Positions 50,200 through 59,572 of a DNA stretch of 64,000 nt are shown here, in pieces. A program made the translations under genes and the position numbers. The DNA comes from an uncultured Ruficoccus sp. (GTDB lineage: Bacteria > Verrucomicrobiota > Verrucomicrobiia > Opitutales > Cerasicoccaceae), in contig OZ223489.1 of NCBI GenBank assembly GCA_965140785.1, positions 32,001 to 96,000 of the forward strand, in the 5' to 3' direction. Under the pieces are notes generated by a model. The model saw only the letters and a program-made list of their open reading frames with translations, was not told the DNA's origin and searched no databases. How positions within the stretch are numbered: the stretch's first letter is position 1; each line of letters starts with the position of its first letter.

Positions 50200-51291
50200 T
50201 TACAGGTCGTCGTCGTCCACGGACTCCAGCGCCGAGGCCTTCTGGTATTCGGTCACGCGGCCCTCGAAGAAGTTCTGCTCCTTCTTCATATCAATGGCCT
50301 CGGAGAGCCAGGGGAAAGGATTGGTGACGCCGGGGTTGAGGATGGGCAGGCGGCAGCCCTCCAGGCGACGGTCGGCGATGTAGTCGATGTACTGCTCGAA
50401 CTCCTCGGCGGAGAGGCCCAGGGCGTTGACCGGCAGGCAGTCGCGGATGAATTCCTTTTCCAGCGAAATGGCCTCCTTCATCATATCGACCAGTTCCTGG
50501 CGGAACTCCGCAGTCCACATCTCGGGATTTTCGTCCACCAGGGCGATGAAGAGGTTGCGCAGCAGCTCGATGTGGTTGGACTCGTCACGCAGGGTGTAGC
50601 GGAACATCTGCCCGATGCCGGGGAACTTGTTCTGGCGGTAAAGGGAAAGCACCATGCCGAAGAGCCCGTAGAACTGCGTGCCCTCCATGCACTGGCCGAA
50701 GAGGAACATGTTCTTGGCTAAGTCCTGCTTGTTGCGGGTGTCGGTCAGGTCGATGTCGCGGCGCATGGCGCGCGAGTTGGAGACGACGAAGTGGGTCTTT
50801 TTCTCGATCGTGGGAATATCCGAGAACATGGCTTCGCACTCGTGCGGATTAATCCCGAGCGAGCTGACCATGTAAACGAGCGAGTCGGCGTGGATATTCT
50901 CCTCATGGGCGTGGCGGCCCAGCACGAGCTTGAGCTCGGCGGCGGTAACGAGCTCGCGCACGACGTGGATGATGTTGTCCCCGACAATGCCCTCGGCAGC
51001 GGAGAAGTACCCAATGGCCATTTTGATGATCCAGCGGTCGATCTCGGAGATGGCCTTGGAGGTGTCGCGCCACTGTTCGCAGTCCTTCTGCATGGGGACG
51101 TCCTCGGGTTCCCAGTGGTTGGCCTTCATGTTCTTGTACAGGTCGTAGGCCCACTGATACCGCAGCGGCAGGATATTGAAAAACATCGTGTCGCGGCCGT
51201 TGATGACGGCCTTGGCCGCCAAGGCCTTTTCGGCTTTGTCCTTGTCGAGGACGAAGGTCTTGTTCCCAATCGTGATCGTCGTGGTTTCCAT
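50200..51291 (-). CDS. nrdB: Ribonucleotide reductase beta subunit, class Ic (R2c)-like
   Basis: WEPEDV, EENIH, MEGTQFY, RDESNH, NFFEGRVTEY. Confidence 0.93.
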   Translation of the reverse strand: METTTITIGNKTFVLDKDKAEKALAAKAVINGRDTMFFNILPLRYQWAYDLYKNMKANHWEPEDVPMQKDCEQWRDTSKAISEIDRWIIKMAIGYFSAAEGIVGDNIIHVVRELVTAAELKLVLGRHAHEENIHADSLVYMVSSLGINPHECEAMFSDIPTIEKKTHFVVSNSRAMRRDIDLTDTRNKQDLAKNMFLFGQCMEGTQFYGLFGMVLSLYRQNKFPGIGQMFRYTLRDESNHIELLRNLFIALVDENPEMWTAEFRQELVDMMKEAISLEKEFIRDCLPVNALGLSAEEFEQYIDYIADRRLEGCRLPILNPGVTNPFPWLSEAIDMKKEQNFFEGRVTEYQKASALESVDDDDL

Positions 51292-51424
51292 GCGTCTAGT
51301 TCGTGAAATCAGGGTTTGCGGGTGAGAGAAGCGGCGTTATTCGCAACGTCATATTGTCGTAACATAGCCGCAGAGAGCGTATGGAGGGCAGCATGGGGCG
51401 GACTGAGTAAGCTGTCAACATCGC

Positions 51425-51471
51425 CCACTATATCTAGCCAAGTATTAGAAAAATCACACTAGATATAGATC
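51425..51471. promoter_or_regulatory. Tandem NrdR boxes
   Basis: CCACTATATCTAGCCA and ACACTAGATATAGATC, 31 bp apart, upstream of nrdB. Confidence 0.8.
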
Positions 51472-51570
51472 ATTTCAGGCAAAACTCATAAGCGCCGGCG
51501 GGCCGCCCTTCTGGCATTTTTACCAGTTCACGCCGTCGCCGTGAGCCTCGCAACGGTAAATTATTTTTTC

Positions 51571-51590
51571 TTGTCCACGAGTTATTCACA
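51571..51590 (+). promoter_or_regulatory. Two DnaA-box-like 9-mers
   Basis: TTGTCCACG and TTATTCACA. Confidence 0.45.
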
Positions 51591-51848
51591 GCAGGGCATG
51601 CCCTGCGGCCCCAGACCGGTGGCTGCCCCGAATACGAGGTTCCAGAAGTAACCAATAGATAGGGTCACGCCGCGTTCTCTCACCTGCACACGACGTTCGC
51701 CTCCAATGACCAAGGACCAATAACCAATAACTAATGGGCACTACCGAAACTTTTGGGGGCGGGAGGGGTTACACGTCGTGTGAATAATGCTCTTGCCAGC
51801 CCGCTTCCGGCTTGGCTGCCGACCCGGACCATGCCTACAGTATCTGCA

Positions 51849-52416
51849 ATGCCCGCCCCGAACGAGCACTGTGACGATCCCGACGCCGCCCTCATGTTGG
51901 AAGCCGCCGGCGGGAACGAACAGGCCCTGCGCATGCTGATCGAGAAATGGCAGAGCCCGCTGATCAACTTTTTCTACCGCTCACTCGGCTCGGTCGAACA
52001 GGCCGAGGATCTCGCGCAGATGGTCTTCATCCGCGTGTACCGGGCGGCGGCCAGCTACGAACCCCAAGGCCAAGTTCTCTACCTATCTTTTTCACATCGC
52101 CCGCCGCCTGCTCATCAATGAGTACCGCCGCCAGTCCCGCAAACCGCTGGAGGCGGTGGACCCGGCTGACTTGCAGGCCGACACGCCGGGCCGCGACAAG
52201 CTGGCCCTGATGGAGATCGAAGAAGCCTTTGAACAGGCGCTCGAAACCTTGCCCGAAAACCAGCGCACGGCCATTCTTTTACTCAAGCAACAGGAACTCA
52301 GCTACGAAGAAATCGCCCAGGCTATGGACACGACCGAAAGCTCGGTCAAAAGCTGGATTCACCGGGCCCGCCAGAAGCTGAAAGCCGAACTGAAAGATTT
52401 TTACCACGCCTCATGA
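51849..52416 (+). pseudogene. ECF sigma factor, frameshifted as given
   Basis: AEDLAQMVF then YEP|KAKFSTYLFHIA restored by deleting one C at 52062-52065; LSYEEIA, VKSWIHRAR. Confidence 0.85.
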
Positions 52417-53093
52417 ACTCCGATCCGACAGGCAAAGATCCGCTTGAGCGGCTGCTGGGCAGCCAGCCCGTCCGCCCCTCGCCCGGCTTTACCGAGAAAA
52501 CCCTGGCCCGCCTCCGGGCCGAGGGCACGGAGAAGCTGTCCGAGGAGGAACTGGACCGGCGGCTCGACGCCTGGCTGGCCGACAGGCCGGCGGCAGCGAG
52601 CGAGGACTTCAGCCGCCGCGTGCTGGCCGCGGCCACCGCTTCCCGCCCGGTCCGTCGTTTCCTGGGCCTGCCCGTCTGGGTGGGCGGCCTTGCCGCCGCG
52701 CTCGCCATCGGTGGGTTCACCACGTTCGCGGTCCTGCGCGAGCAGCCGAGTCCGCAGCCGCAGACCTTCGCCGAAGCGGAGGAACTTTCCCCGGTCGCCG
52801 GCCCCAAGGCCTCCGCCCCCCTGATGGCCAAAATGTCCGTGGCCGCCGACACCGCCCCCGTCGCCAACCGGGCCGCCCCGAGCGCACGTATGATGGCCGT
52901 CGCCTCCACGCCCCTCGCCGTCGAGGAGGTAGCCGTGACGGAAGAGGAAACGCCGGACTTTCTCTTCGTCTCCCGCACGGACGCCGAGACCGACGAACTC
53001 GCCGACCTCATCCTGATGCAGGACGCGCTGGTCGAAGTCGCCGCCCTGAGCGACGCCGACACGATCGAGGCCCTCGACCTGCTTGTGAACTGA
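52413..53093 (+). CDS. Putative single-TM anti-sigma factor
   Basis: ATGA overlap with sigma gene; duplicated PSxxF..R.LA motif; one TM. Confidence 0.65.
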   Translation: MNSDPTGKDPLERLLGSQPVRPSPGFTEKTLARLRAEGTEKLSEEELDRRLDAWLADRPAAASEDFSRRVLAAATASRPVRRFLGLPVWVGGLAAALAIGGFTTFAVLREQPSPQPQTFAEAEELSPVAGPKASAPLMAKMSVAADTAPVANRAAPSARMMAVASTPLAVEEVAVTEEETPDFLFVSRTDAETDELADLILMQDALVEVAALSDADTIEALDLLVN

Positions 53094-53118
53094 AATTCTT
53101 TTCGCTCATCACTCACCC

Positions 53119-53862
53119 ATGAAGCCGACACTCAAGATTCACCTGCTGCGCCTCGCCCTGCTGGCGGGAGCGCCCCTACTGTTCGGCTCCCCTGTCATGC
53201 TGGCCGCTGACAGCTCAGACTCCGACCAGACACCCGCCGTGACCGCCCCAAGCCCGCCTCCCAACGACCGGCCGCCTCCCCCACCCCCGGACGAGTTCAG
53301 CCCCGATGACAGCCGCAGCCGCCATCACCGCCCTGAACGGCAGCCCCCCAGCCGCCGTCCCGAGGGCATGACCAAGGAACTGGCCGCGGTGGAGAAATTT
53401 CTCGATATGTCGCCCGAGCAACTGGCCATGATCCGCAACCTCATCGCGCGGATCGAGCAGATGAGCGACGAGGAAAAAGAAGAGCTGCGCGCGCGCATCC
53501 GCAAGATCCGGGAGATGGACGCCGACCGTCGACAGGAACTGATGGAAAGTCACCGCCAGATTCCCTGGGAAGAACGCATGGTCATGCACCAGTACTGGCG
53601 CAGTCTGCCGGAAGCCGAGCGCAAGCAACTGTGGGAGGAAATGAAGAACCTCAGCCCGGAGGAACGCCTCGCCCACCGGCAGGAAATCCTCAAGCGCGCC
53701 CGGGCCGCAGGCTTCGACGAAACCACCTTGCCACCTCCGCCCGAACGCCCTTTTTATAAAAGACTCCGTCCGGATAATACGTCCGGTGAAAATGCCCCTG
53801 GAACCTTCCCCACCGACAAACCGCAACCGACACCCGCAAATTCCTCCAACGACACCGAATAG
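53119..53862 (+). CDS. Exported helical protein, DUF3106/Spy-like
   Basis: Signal peptide; repeated (M/L)S/P.E.R helices; third gene of ECF operon. Confidence 0.6.
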   Translation: MKPTLKIHLLRLALLAGAPLLFGSPVMLAADSSDSDQTPAVTAPSPPPNDRPPPPPPDEFSPDDSRSRHHRPERQPPSRRPEGMTKELAAVEKFLDMSPEQLAMIRNLIARIEQMSDEEKEELRARIRKIREMDADRRQELMESHRQIPWEERMVMHQYWRSLPEAERKQLWEEMKNLSPEERLAHRQEILKRARAAGFDETTLPPPPERPFYKRLRPDNTSGENAPGTFPTDKPQPTPANSSNDTE

Positions 53863-54034
53863 CGCAACCCCATCTGGGACCGGGACATAGCGTTGTAAAA
53901 AAAGTGTGTTTTTTATGAATACATTGGATTTTTCCGTTAAGTGGACTATAGTAGATAAAGAACATCCCGATACCCCAGATAGTTAAAAATTTTTCTGAAA
54001 CAAAATCCCCATTTACACGTCTAACTTAACAGAA

Positions 54035-54170
54035 CACTTTGCCTAATCCCGAATGGGAAAACGGCAGATAGTAGCGTAGCATAGCAACCGAAGTAGCGAG
54101 ACAGATTCCATAGCAGAGATTCTGTCGAATTAGTGGAGCCACCTTCCCGTCCCCCCGGGAAGGTGGTTTT
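54035..54170 (+). ncRNA. Candidate sRNA with UAGC repeats
   Basis: Five TAGC motifs, hairpins and terminator in ORF-free AT-rich spacer. Confidence 0.45.
54139..54170 (+). terminator. Orphan intrinsic terminator
   Basis: CCACCTTCCCG/CGGGAAGGTGG plus TTTT. Confidence 0.8.
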
Positions 54171-54267
54171 GCTTAAGAAACTCTCACTTTAATGATCGAC
54201 CCGAAATTCATGAGCGGCGATGCTCGGAGCTTTCCGTCCCGGAACTCATCCCGCCATCCCCTTGACC

Positions 54268-54747
54268 ATGCCTGAGCGATACCTTCTGTTCGTCTGCACC
54301 GGCAACTACTACCGGAGTCGGTTCGCCGAAGCGGTCTTCAATCACCAAGCCGAAGCCGCCGGCCTGAACTGGCGCGCGTTTTCCCGGGGTCTGTTCCCCG
54401 GCTGGGTGGAGGATGACAACGACCTTTCGCCGTACACACGTTCCGCCCTGGCCGAGCGCGAGATCCCCTTGCACCACACGGGTAAGAAACGCACGCAACT
54501 GACAGTTGAGGACTTGGAACGTGCGGACCACACCATCGTCCTCAAAAAGACCGAGCACCACCCGATGATGCTAAAGGCCTTCCCCAAGCTGGCCGACAAG
54601 GTCGAATACTGGGAAGTGCACGACCTCGACTTTGCCGAACCCGAAGAAGCGTTACCGGAAATCGAACAACACGTCGAAAAGCTGGTCCAAAACCTGAGGG
54701 AAGATCCCGAGGGGAATTTTCTTCGCTCGGACACCCACAAGCTTTAA
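54268..54747 (+). CDS. Low molecular weight protein-tyrosine phosphatase family
   Basis: FVCTGNYYRSRFAE (CX5R). Confidence 0.88.
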   Translation: MPERYLLFVCTGNYYRSRFAEAVFNHQAEAAGLNWRAFSRGLFPGWVEDDNDLSPYTRSALAEREIPLHHTGKKRTQLTVEDLERADHTIVLKKTEHHPMMLKAFPKLADKVEYWEVHDLDFAEPEEALPEIEQHVEKLVQNLREDPEGNFLRSDTHKL

Positions 54748-54784
54748 GTTTGACCCTTCACCCTCGATAACAAACAACCACGTT

Positions 54785-55501
54785 ATGAGATTGTACATCG
54801 CAAAAACCCTCACCGCACTGGCTGCCGGTAGCCTCATCGCCCTGAGCGCGAGCGCCCAGCCCAACCAGCCTGGACAGGCGACTCAAGCCGACGACACCGA
54901 GCTGATCAAGAACTACGGCTGGCTCGTCACCCCTGATCCCGACCGCCTCGGCATTACCGAGGAAGAGAAAGCCGCCTTTTTGGCCGGTGTCCAGGCTCAC
55001 CTGAACGGTGAAGCCGGCCCGGACGATCCGCAGGTCGCCTGGCAGGATATCCAGCAGGCGTTGAGCCAGCGCTTCGTCAAGATCAACCAGCAAAAGGGCA
55101 AGCAGTTCCTCAAGGATCTGGACTCCAACCCGAACGTCAAGAAGTCCCCTACCGGTCTGTACTACGAGATCATCGAAGAGGGTGAAGGCCCCAAGGCCGG
55201 CCCGAACGACACCGTCAAGGTGGACTACGTCGGCACCCTGGTGGACGGCACGGAGTTTGACAGCTCCTACAAGCGCGGCCAAGCCGCCACCTTCCCGGTC
55301 TCGGGCGTCGTGCCCGGCTTCGGCGAAGGCGTCCAGCTCATCGGCAAGGGCGGCAAGGTCAAGCTGTACATCCCCTCCGATCTCGGCTACGGCGACAGCG
55401 CCCAGCCCGGCAGCCCGATTCCTCCGGGCTCGACCCTCATCTTTGAGGTCGAAATGGTCGAAGTGAACCCCTCCCCGCAGGGCGGCCCCACCACCAAGTA
55501 G
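54785..55501 (+). CDS. FKBP-type peptidyl-prolyl isomerase (FkpA-like)
   Basis: GLYYEII, YVGTLVDGTEFDSS, IPSDLGYG, TLIFEVE. Confidence 0.93.
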   Translation: MRLYIAKTLTALAAGSLIALSASAQPNQPGQATQADDTELIKNYGWLVTPDPDRLGITEEEKAAFLAGVQAHLNGEAGPDDPQVAWQDIQQALSQRFVKINQQKGKQFLKDLDSNPNVKKSPTGLYYEIIEEGEGPKAGPNDTVKVDYVGTLVDGTEFDSSYKRGQAATFPVSGVVPGFGEGVQLIGKGGKVKLYIPSDLGYGDSAQPGSPIPPGSTLIFEVEMVEVNPSPQGGPTTK

Positions 55502-55527
55502 TCCGCGTCTTCAACGCTTTTTTTCCC

Positions 55528-55559
55528 AAAGGGAGTCCCACACACGGGGCTCCCTTTTT
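55528..55559 (+). terminator. Intrinsic terminator
   Basis: GGGAGTCCC/GGGGCTCCC plus T5. Confidence 0.75.
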
Positions 55560-55576
55560 GCAGGGCACGCCCTGCA

Positions 55577-55744
55577 CCCTACCTGTGTAGGACGAGTGAG
55601 ATTTGTTTGAACCGGCGACAACCACCATGGCCCATGCAGCCGCGTTGGCGGCGGCACTCCGGCTGGAGCAGCAATCGTGATCCGTCAGGATCACTGGTCC
55701 AGGGCAAGCCCTGGTCACAGGTGCAGGACCGCGTCGTGCCTCCC
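55577..55744. repeat. Structured dispersed repeat, copy 2
   Basis: Matches 26819-26947 with extra inserted hairpins. Confidence 0.8.
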
Positions 55745-55887
55745 TTTTAGTCGCTCCCCGATGTCGAGGTGGTGAGCGGAAGTGCAGGCTGGGGTCGCAC
55801 CGCTGAGGTGAGAACTGCTTTTCAGGCCTAAAGGTCGTGCTGTAGGCAGGCCAGGCGACCTAGGCACGCCAGAAGGTCTGGCACTAA

Positions 55888-55920
55888 AATAGTTCAAAAG
55901 TAAACTATTGTTAATTGACA
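55888..55920 (+). promoter_or_regulatory. Putative MarR operator and -35 box
   Basis: AATAGTT-N8-AACTATT inverted repeat followed by TTGACA. Confidence 0.55.
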
Positions 55921-55972
55921 TATTGGCTATTGCTGGTAGTTTATTCCATTCACTCAGCGAAAGCCTTCCCTC

Positions 55973-56449
55973 ATGACAAAGCGCATCCACACGCCGGAAA
56001 GCCAGACTCAGGCCGATTTGACATCGGCGCTGCTGCCTGCGCGACGGGCGTGGATCCAGGCCGCCGACAACGCAATGGGCGTGCGCGAGGCTTCCACTTC
56101 GCTGACAATTGTCGCGCTGATGGTCTCACGTCTGGGGCCGGATGTGCAGCAGAAGACGCTGGCGCGCGAGATCGGCGTCAACGCCGCCGCTATCGTGCAC
56201 CTGCTTGATCAGGGTGAAGAGGCGGGGCTGCTGACGCGCACCGAGCTGCCAGAGGACCGCCGCTGCAAGGGCATCAACCTGCTCCCCAAGGGGCAGGCAC
56301 TGGCCGAGGGGATGGAGGTGCGCCTGTGCGACCTGCGGCGAGAGCTGCTCGCCGACGTGCCGGCGGAGGATATTGCAACCGCGACACGGGTGCTGCGACT
56401 GCTTGAGGAGCGGAGCCTGGAGTCCCTGAAGTGCGATAAGGTGCAATAG
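55973..56449 (+). CDS. MarR/SlyA family regulator
   Basis: QKTLAREIGV, GLLTR, DRRCK wHTH. Confidence 0.9.
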   Translation: MTKRIHTPESQTQADLTSALLPARRAWIQAADNAMGVREASTSLTIVALMVSRLGPDVQQKTLAREIGVNAAAIVHLLDQGEEAGLLTRTELPEDRRCKGINLLPKGQALAEGMEVRLCDLRRELLADVPAEDIATATRVLRLLEERSLESLKCDKVQ

Positions 56450-56455
56450 CGGCCC

Positions 56456-58432
56456 ATGAAATTCAAAGCGGCCCATTGGCTGTTCGCGCTCAAGCTGTAC
56501 CTGGCGATCATGCTGGCCTTTTTCCTGTCCTCACGGATGGGGCTGGCTCAGACGTACTGGACGGTGGTGACGTGCTGCGTGGTCATGAACCCGATGAGCG
56601 GGGCCATGCGCTCTAAGGCGGCCTACCGCTTCACCGGCACGCTGTGCGCGGGGATTGTCGCGCTGGCGCTGGCCTCCTGGCTGGCGCATGCGCCGCTGCT
56701 CATGCTCATCAGCGTCGGGTTGATCGGCTCGGCGGCTTTTGGGGCTTCGCTGCTTGACCGCACACCGCGCAGCTATGGGCTCCAGCTCTTTGGCCTCACG
56801 CTGGTCATCATTGTCGTGCCCGCGGTGAATGCTCCCGGCACGCTCTTCGACACCATGGTGACGCGGCTGTGCGAGATCGGCCTGGCCATCATCTGCTGCA
56901 CGGTCGTTGACAGTGTGATCTTCCCGCGCTCGCTCTGGCCGACCGTCCTCGGGCGGCTCGACAAGTGGCTGGCCGATATGGAGGAGTGGCTAACCGACGC
57001 CTTCGCCGGGCGACAGGCCGATACCGCAGCCACGCACGATCGGCTCAGTGCGCTGGCCGACATCGGCTCGCTCTCTGTCATGGCGGCGCAACTACGCTAC
57101 GACCCGCTCGTGACCCGACAGGAGCGGCGGACGGCCTTTTGCATCCAGGCGCGCCTGCTTCAGATGGTGCCGCTGCTCTACGCCATCTCCGAACGCGTGG
57201 CCGATGCCGCTCCGGAAACGCAGGAGAAACTGCGTGGCCCGCTCAGCGAGGTGGTGAAGCGGGCCCATGCGGGCGAGCCCGCCGACAAGACTTTTCACCA
57301 GCAAGTGACGGCGATCGAAGTCCCCGAGGGGCCCGCCGCACTCTGGCGGGGGCTGGTGCGCGATAACCTGGCGGAGCTGGCCGAGAGGGTGCTCAAGCTT
57401 TGGGCGGAGGTGCAGGTTTTTAAGCGAGCGTTGGAGAAGCACGAGCCGCTGCCGGAGGAGCTGGCGGCGGAGGTGAAGCGTATCCGGACCTTTCCGCTGT
57501 GGCCGGACCTCTATCTGGCCCGTCAGGTGTTCCTCGGCTGCGTGCTGACCTACACCGCACTGATTACGATGTGGGGGCTGACGGGCTGGCCGCAGAGCAC
57601 GCTGGCGATTTTTCAGGGGGTCGTGACGCTGGCTTTCTGCGGGGGCAGCGACGAGGCAGACCAGGCTGTCCTGCAGATGGGCAAGGTGCTGGCCTACGCG
57701 CTGCTCGCGGCCGGCGTATTCAGCTACGGGCTCCTCCCGCTGGCCAAGGACTTTCCGACCTTCGCGGTCGTGATGGCGCTGTTTGTCCTGCCGATGGGGG
57801 CGCTGACCGCGAAGAACCCGATCATGATGCTGGTCATGGCCGCCGGGTTCAGCAGCATCAACTTCCAACGGGTGTACGCGCCGTATGACTTTGGGTACTT
57901 TCTGGATGTGTGCCTGGCGACAATGGTGGGTGTTTTCGCCGCGTTTTCCTGCGTGGGCCTCGTGCGCGTGATGGGCAGTAAGCACGCGCTGGACCGTCTC
58001 CGGCGCTGGGGCCTGCGCGATATTCTCAAGTTAACCCACCATGCCACGCCGCGTGACCGGGACTTGTTCCTGAACCGCGCCCTGAACCGCATAGGACTGC
58101 TGGCCGGGAGGCTGTCCACGGCGGGTGAGGTCCGCCAGAGCAAGAGCATCATGCAGCGTATGCGGGCCGGGGTGTGGATCGCCGAGCTGCGGCAGCTGGA
58201 GAGCGACCTGAGCAGCGAGGAGCGCACGGCGTTCGAGGGAATGTTCGAGACACTGCGGCGGGAGCTGCCCGAGCCAGAGGTGACGGAACGCCTGCTGACC
58301 CGCATCGACGCAACCCTGAGCGCGGCCTGGGGCGGGGGAAGGCGCTCCGCCTGTGATCCTTTCATGCGCAGCCTGATCGGGTTGCGGCTAGTTTTATTCG
58401 AATTTGCCGAGGCCTGGAGGCCGACACGATGA
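56456..58432 (+). CDS. FUSC family efflux membrane protein (AaeB/FusC-like)
   Basis: YW.VVT, P.SGAMRSKAAYRF.GT, TRLCEIGLAI. Confidence 0.88.
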   Translation: MKFKAAHWLFALKLYLAIMLAFFLSSRMGLAQTYWTVVTCCVVMNPMSGAMRSKAAYRFTGTLCAGIVALALASWLAHAPLLMLISVGLIGSAAFGASLLDRTPRSYGLQLFGLTLVIIVVPAVNAPGTLFDTMVTRLCEIGLAIICCTVVDSVIFPRSLWPTVLGRLDKWLADMEEWLTDAFAGRQADTAATHDRLSALADIGSLSVMAAQLRYDPLVTRQERRTAFCIQARLLQMVPLLYAISERVADAAPETQEKLRGPLSEVVKRAHAGEPADKTFHQQVTAIEVPEGPAALWRGLVRDNLAELAERVLKLWAEVQVFKRALEKHEPLPEELAAEVKRIRTFPLWPDLYLARQVFLGCVLTYTALITMWGLTGWPQSTLAIFQGVVTLAFCGGSDEADQAVLQMGKVLAYALLAAGVFSYGLLPLAKDFPTFAVVMALFVLPMGALTAKNPIMMLVMAAGFSSINFQRVYAPYDFGYFLDVCLATMVGVFAAFSCVGLVRVMGSKHALDRLRRWGLRDILKLTHHATPRDRDLFLNRALNRIGLLAGRLSTAGEVRQSKSIMQRMRAGVWIAELRQLESDLSSEERTAFEGMFETLRRELPEPEVTERLLTRIDATLSAAWGGGRRSACDPFMRSLIGLRLVLFEFAEAWRPTR

Positions 58433-58641
58433 TCTCAGAACTCGATATCGCCGGGGTATTCGTTTCCCCGCTTCTGCTGTGCATGCTCGTAGCTCTGGTG
58501 CTGCGGGTGGCGCTTTCGCGCGGCCTTGATGCGCTGGGCCTGTACCGGGTGGTGTGGCATCGTCCGCTCTTCGACATTTCCCTATATTTCATCCTGCTGG
58601 GCCTCTCGTTCGAGGGGCTCAAGTACTTTACCAAAATCTGA
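58429..58641 (+). CDS. DUF1656 (AaeX-like) protein
   Basis: ELDIAGVFVSPLL, VWHRPLFD. Confidence 0.9.
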   Translation: MISELDIAGVFVSPLLLCMLVALVLRVALSRGLDALGLYRVVWHRPLFDISLYFILLGLSFEGLKYFTKI

Positions 58642-58648
58642 TCCGACG

Positions 58649-59557
58649 ATGAAGCGACATATAACCGCAGTCCTGAAAGTCCTGTTCACATGTGTACTGG
58701 CCGCGCTGGCCGTGGTGGTGCTGTGGCGACTGTACGACTACTATACCTACGCGCCGCAGACGCGGGACGGAAAAATCCGTGCCGACATCGTACCCCTGGC
58801 CGCCGATGTCTCCGGGCGGGTCGAGGCCGTCTATGTGCGCGACAACCAGACGGTGCGCAAGGGTGACCTGCTTTTCTCCCTTGACAAGGAGCGGCTGAAA
58901 AACGCCCTCGCGCAGAGCGAGGCGGTGCTGGCCCACGCCAAGTCCGCGCTGGGGGCTGCTGAGCGCGAGTCCGACCGCTACAACAAGATCGAGGAGGGCG
59001 TCGTCTCCAAGCAGGAGCAGGACGACCGCACCTCAGCCGCCGAGCAGGCCCGCGCCAACTACGAGCAGGCCGTGGCCGACCGCGACTTAGCCAAGCTCAA
59101 CCTTGAGCGTTCCGACGTGTACTCGCCCGTCAACGGCATCGTGACAAACTTCTCGCTGCGCCCCGGTGTGTACGCCACCACAGGTCAGCCGGTAATGACG
59201 CTGGTGGACACGGACAGCTTTTACATCGTGGGCTACTTCGAGGAGACCAAGCTCAAGCACATCCGCATGAACATGCCGGCCTCGATCCGGGTCATGGGTG
59301 AGAGCCAGGACATCCGCGGGCACGTGGTCGGCCTGGCCGCGGGTATCGCCGACAGCGAATACCAGACCGAGAGCCACACGCTCCTGCCGGACGTGAACCC
59401 GACCTTCAGCTGGGTGCGACTGGCGCAGCGCATTCCCACGCGTATCGCTATCGACAAGGTGCCCGAAGGACTGACCCTGGTTGCAGGCCGGACCGTCAGC
59501 GTCACGCTCCAGGACGATACCGCGATCGAGGGGCCGCGGATCGCCACGGTAAACTAG
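58649..59557 (+). CDS. HlyD family membrane fusion protein (AaeA-like)
   Basis: TRDGKIRAD, DVSG, SPVNG, LPDVNPTFSWVRLAQRIP. Confidence 0.92.
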   Translation: MKRHITAVLKVLFTCVLAALAVVVLWRLYDYYTYAPQTRDGKIRADIVPLAADVSGRVEAVYVRDNQTVRKGDLLFSLDKERLKNALAQSEAVLAHAKSALGAAERESDRYNKIEEGVVSKQEQDDRTSAAEQARANYEQAVADRDLAKLNLERSDVYSPVNGIVTNFSLRPGVYATTGQPVMTLVDTDSFYIVGYFEETKLKHIRMNMPASIRVMGESQDIRGHVVGLAAGIADSEYQTESHTLLPDVNPTFSWVRLAQRIPTRIAIDKVPEGLTLVAGRTVSVTLQDDTAIEGPRIATVN

Positions 59558-59572
59558 CCAGCAATAATTCCA

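Noticed and set aside
51571..51590. Replication origin
   Set aside because: Only two DnaA-like boxes, and no dnaA/dnaN context or clear unwinding element
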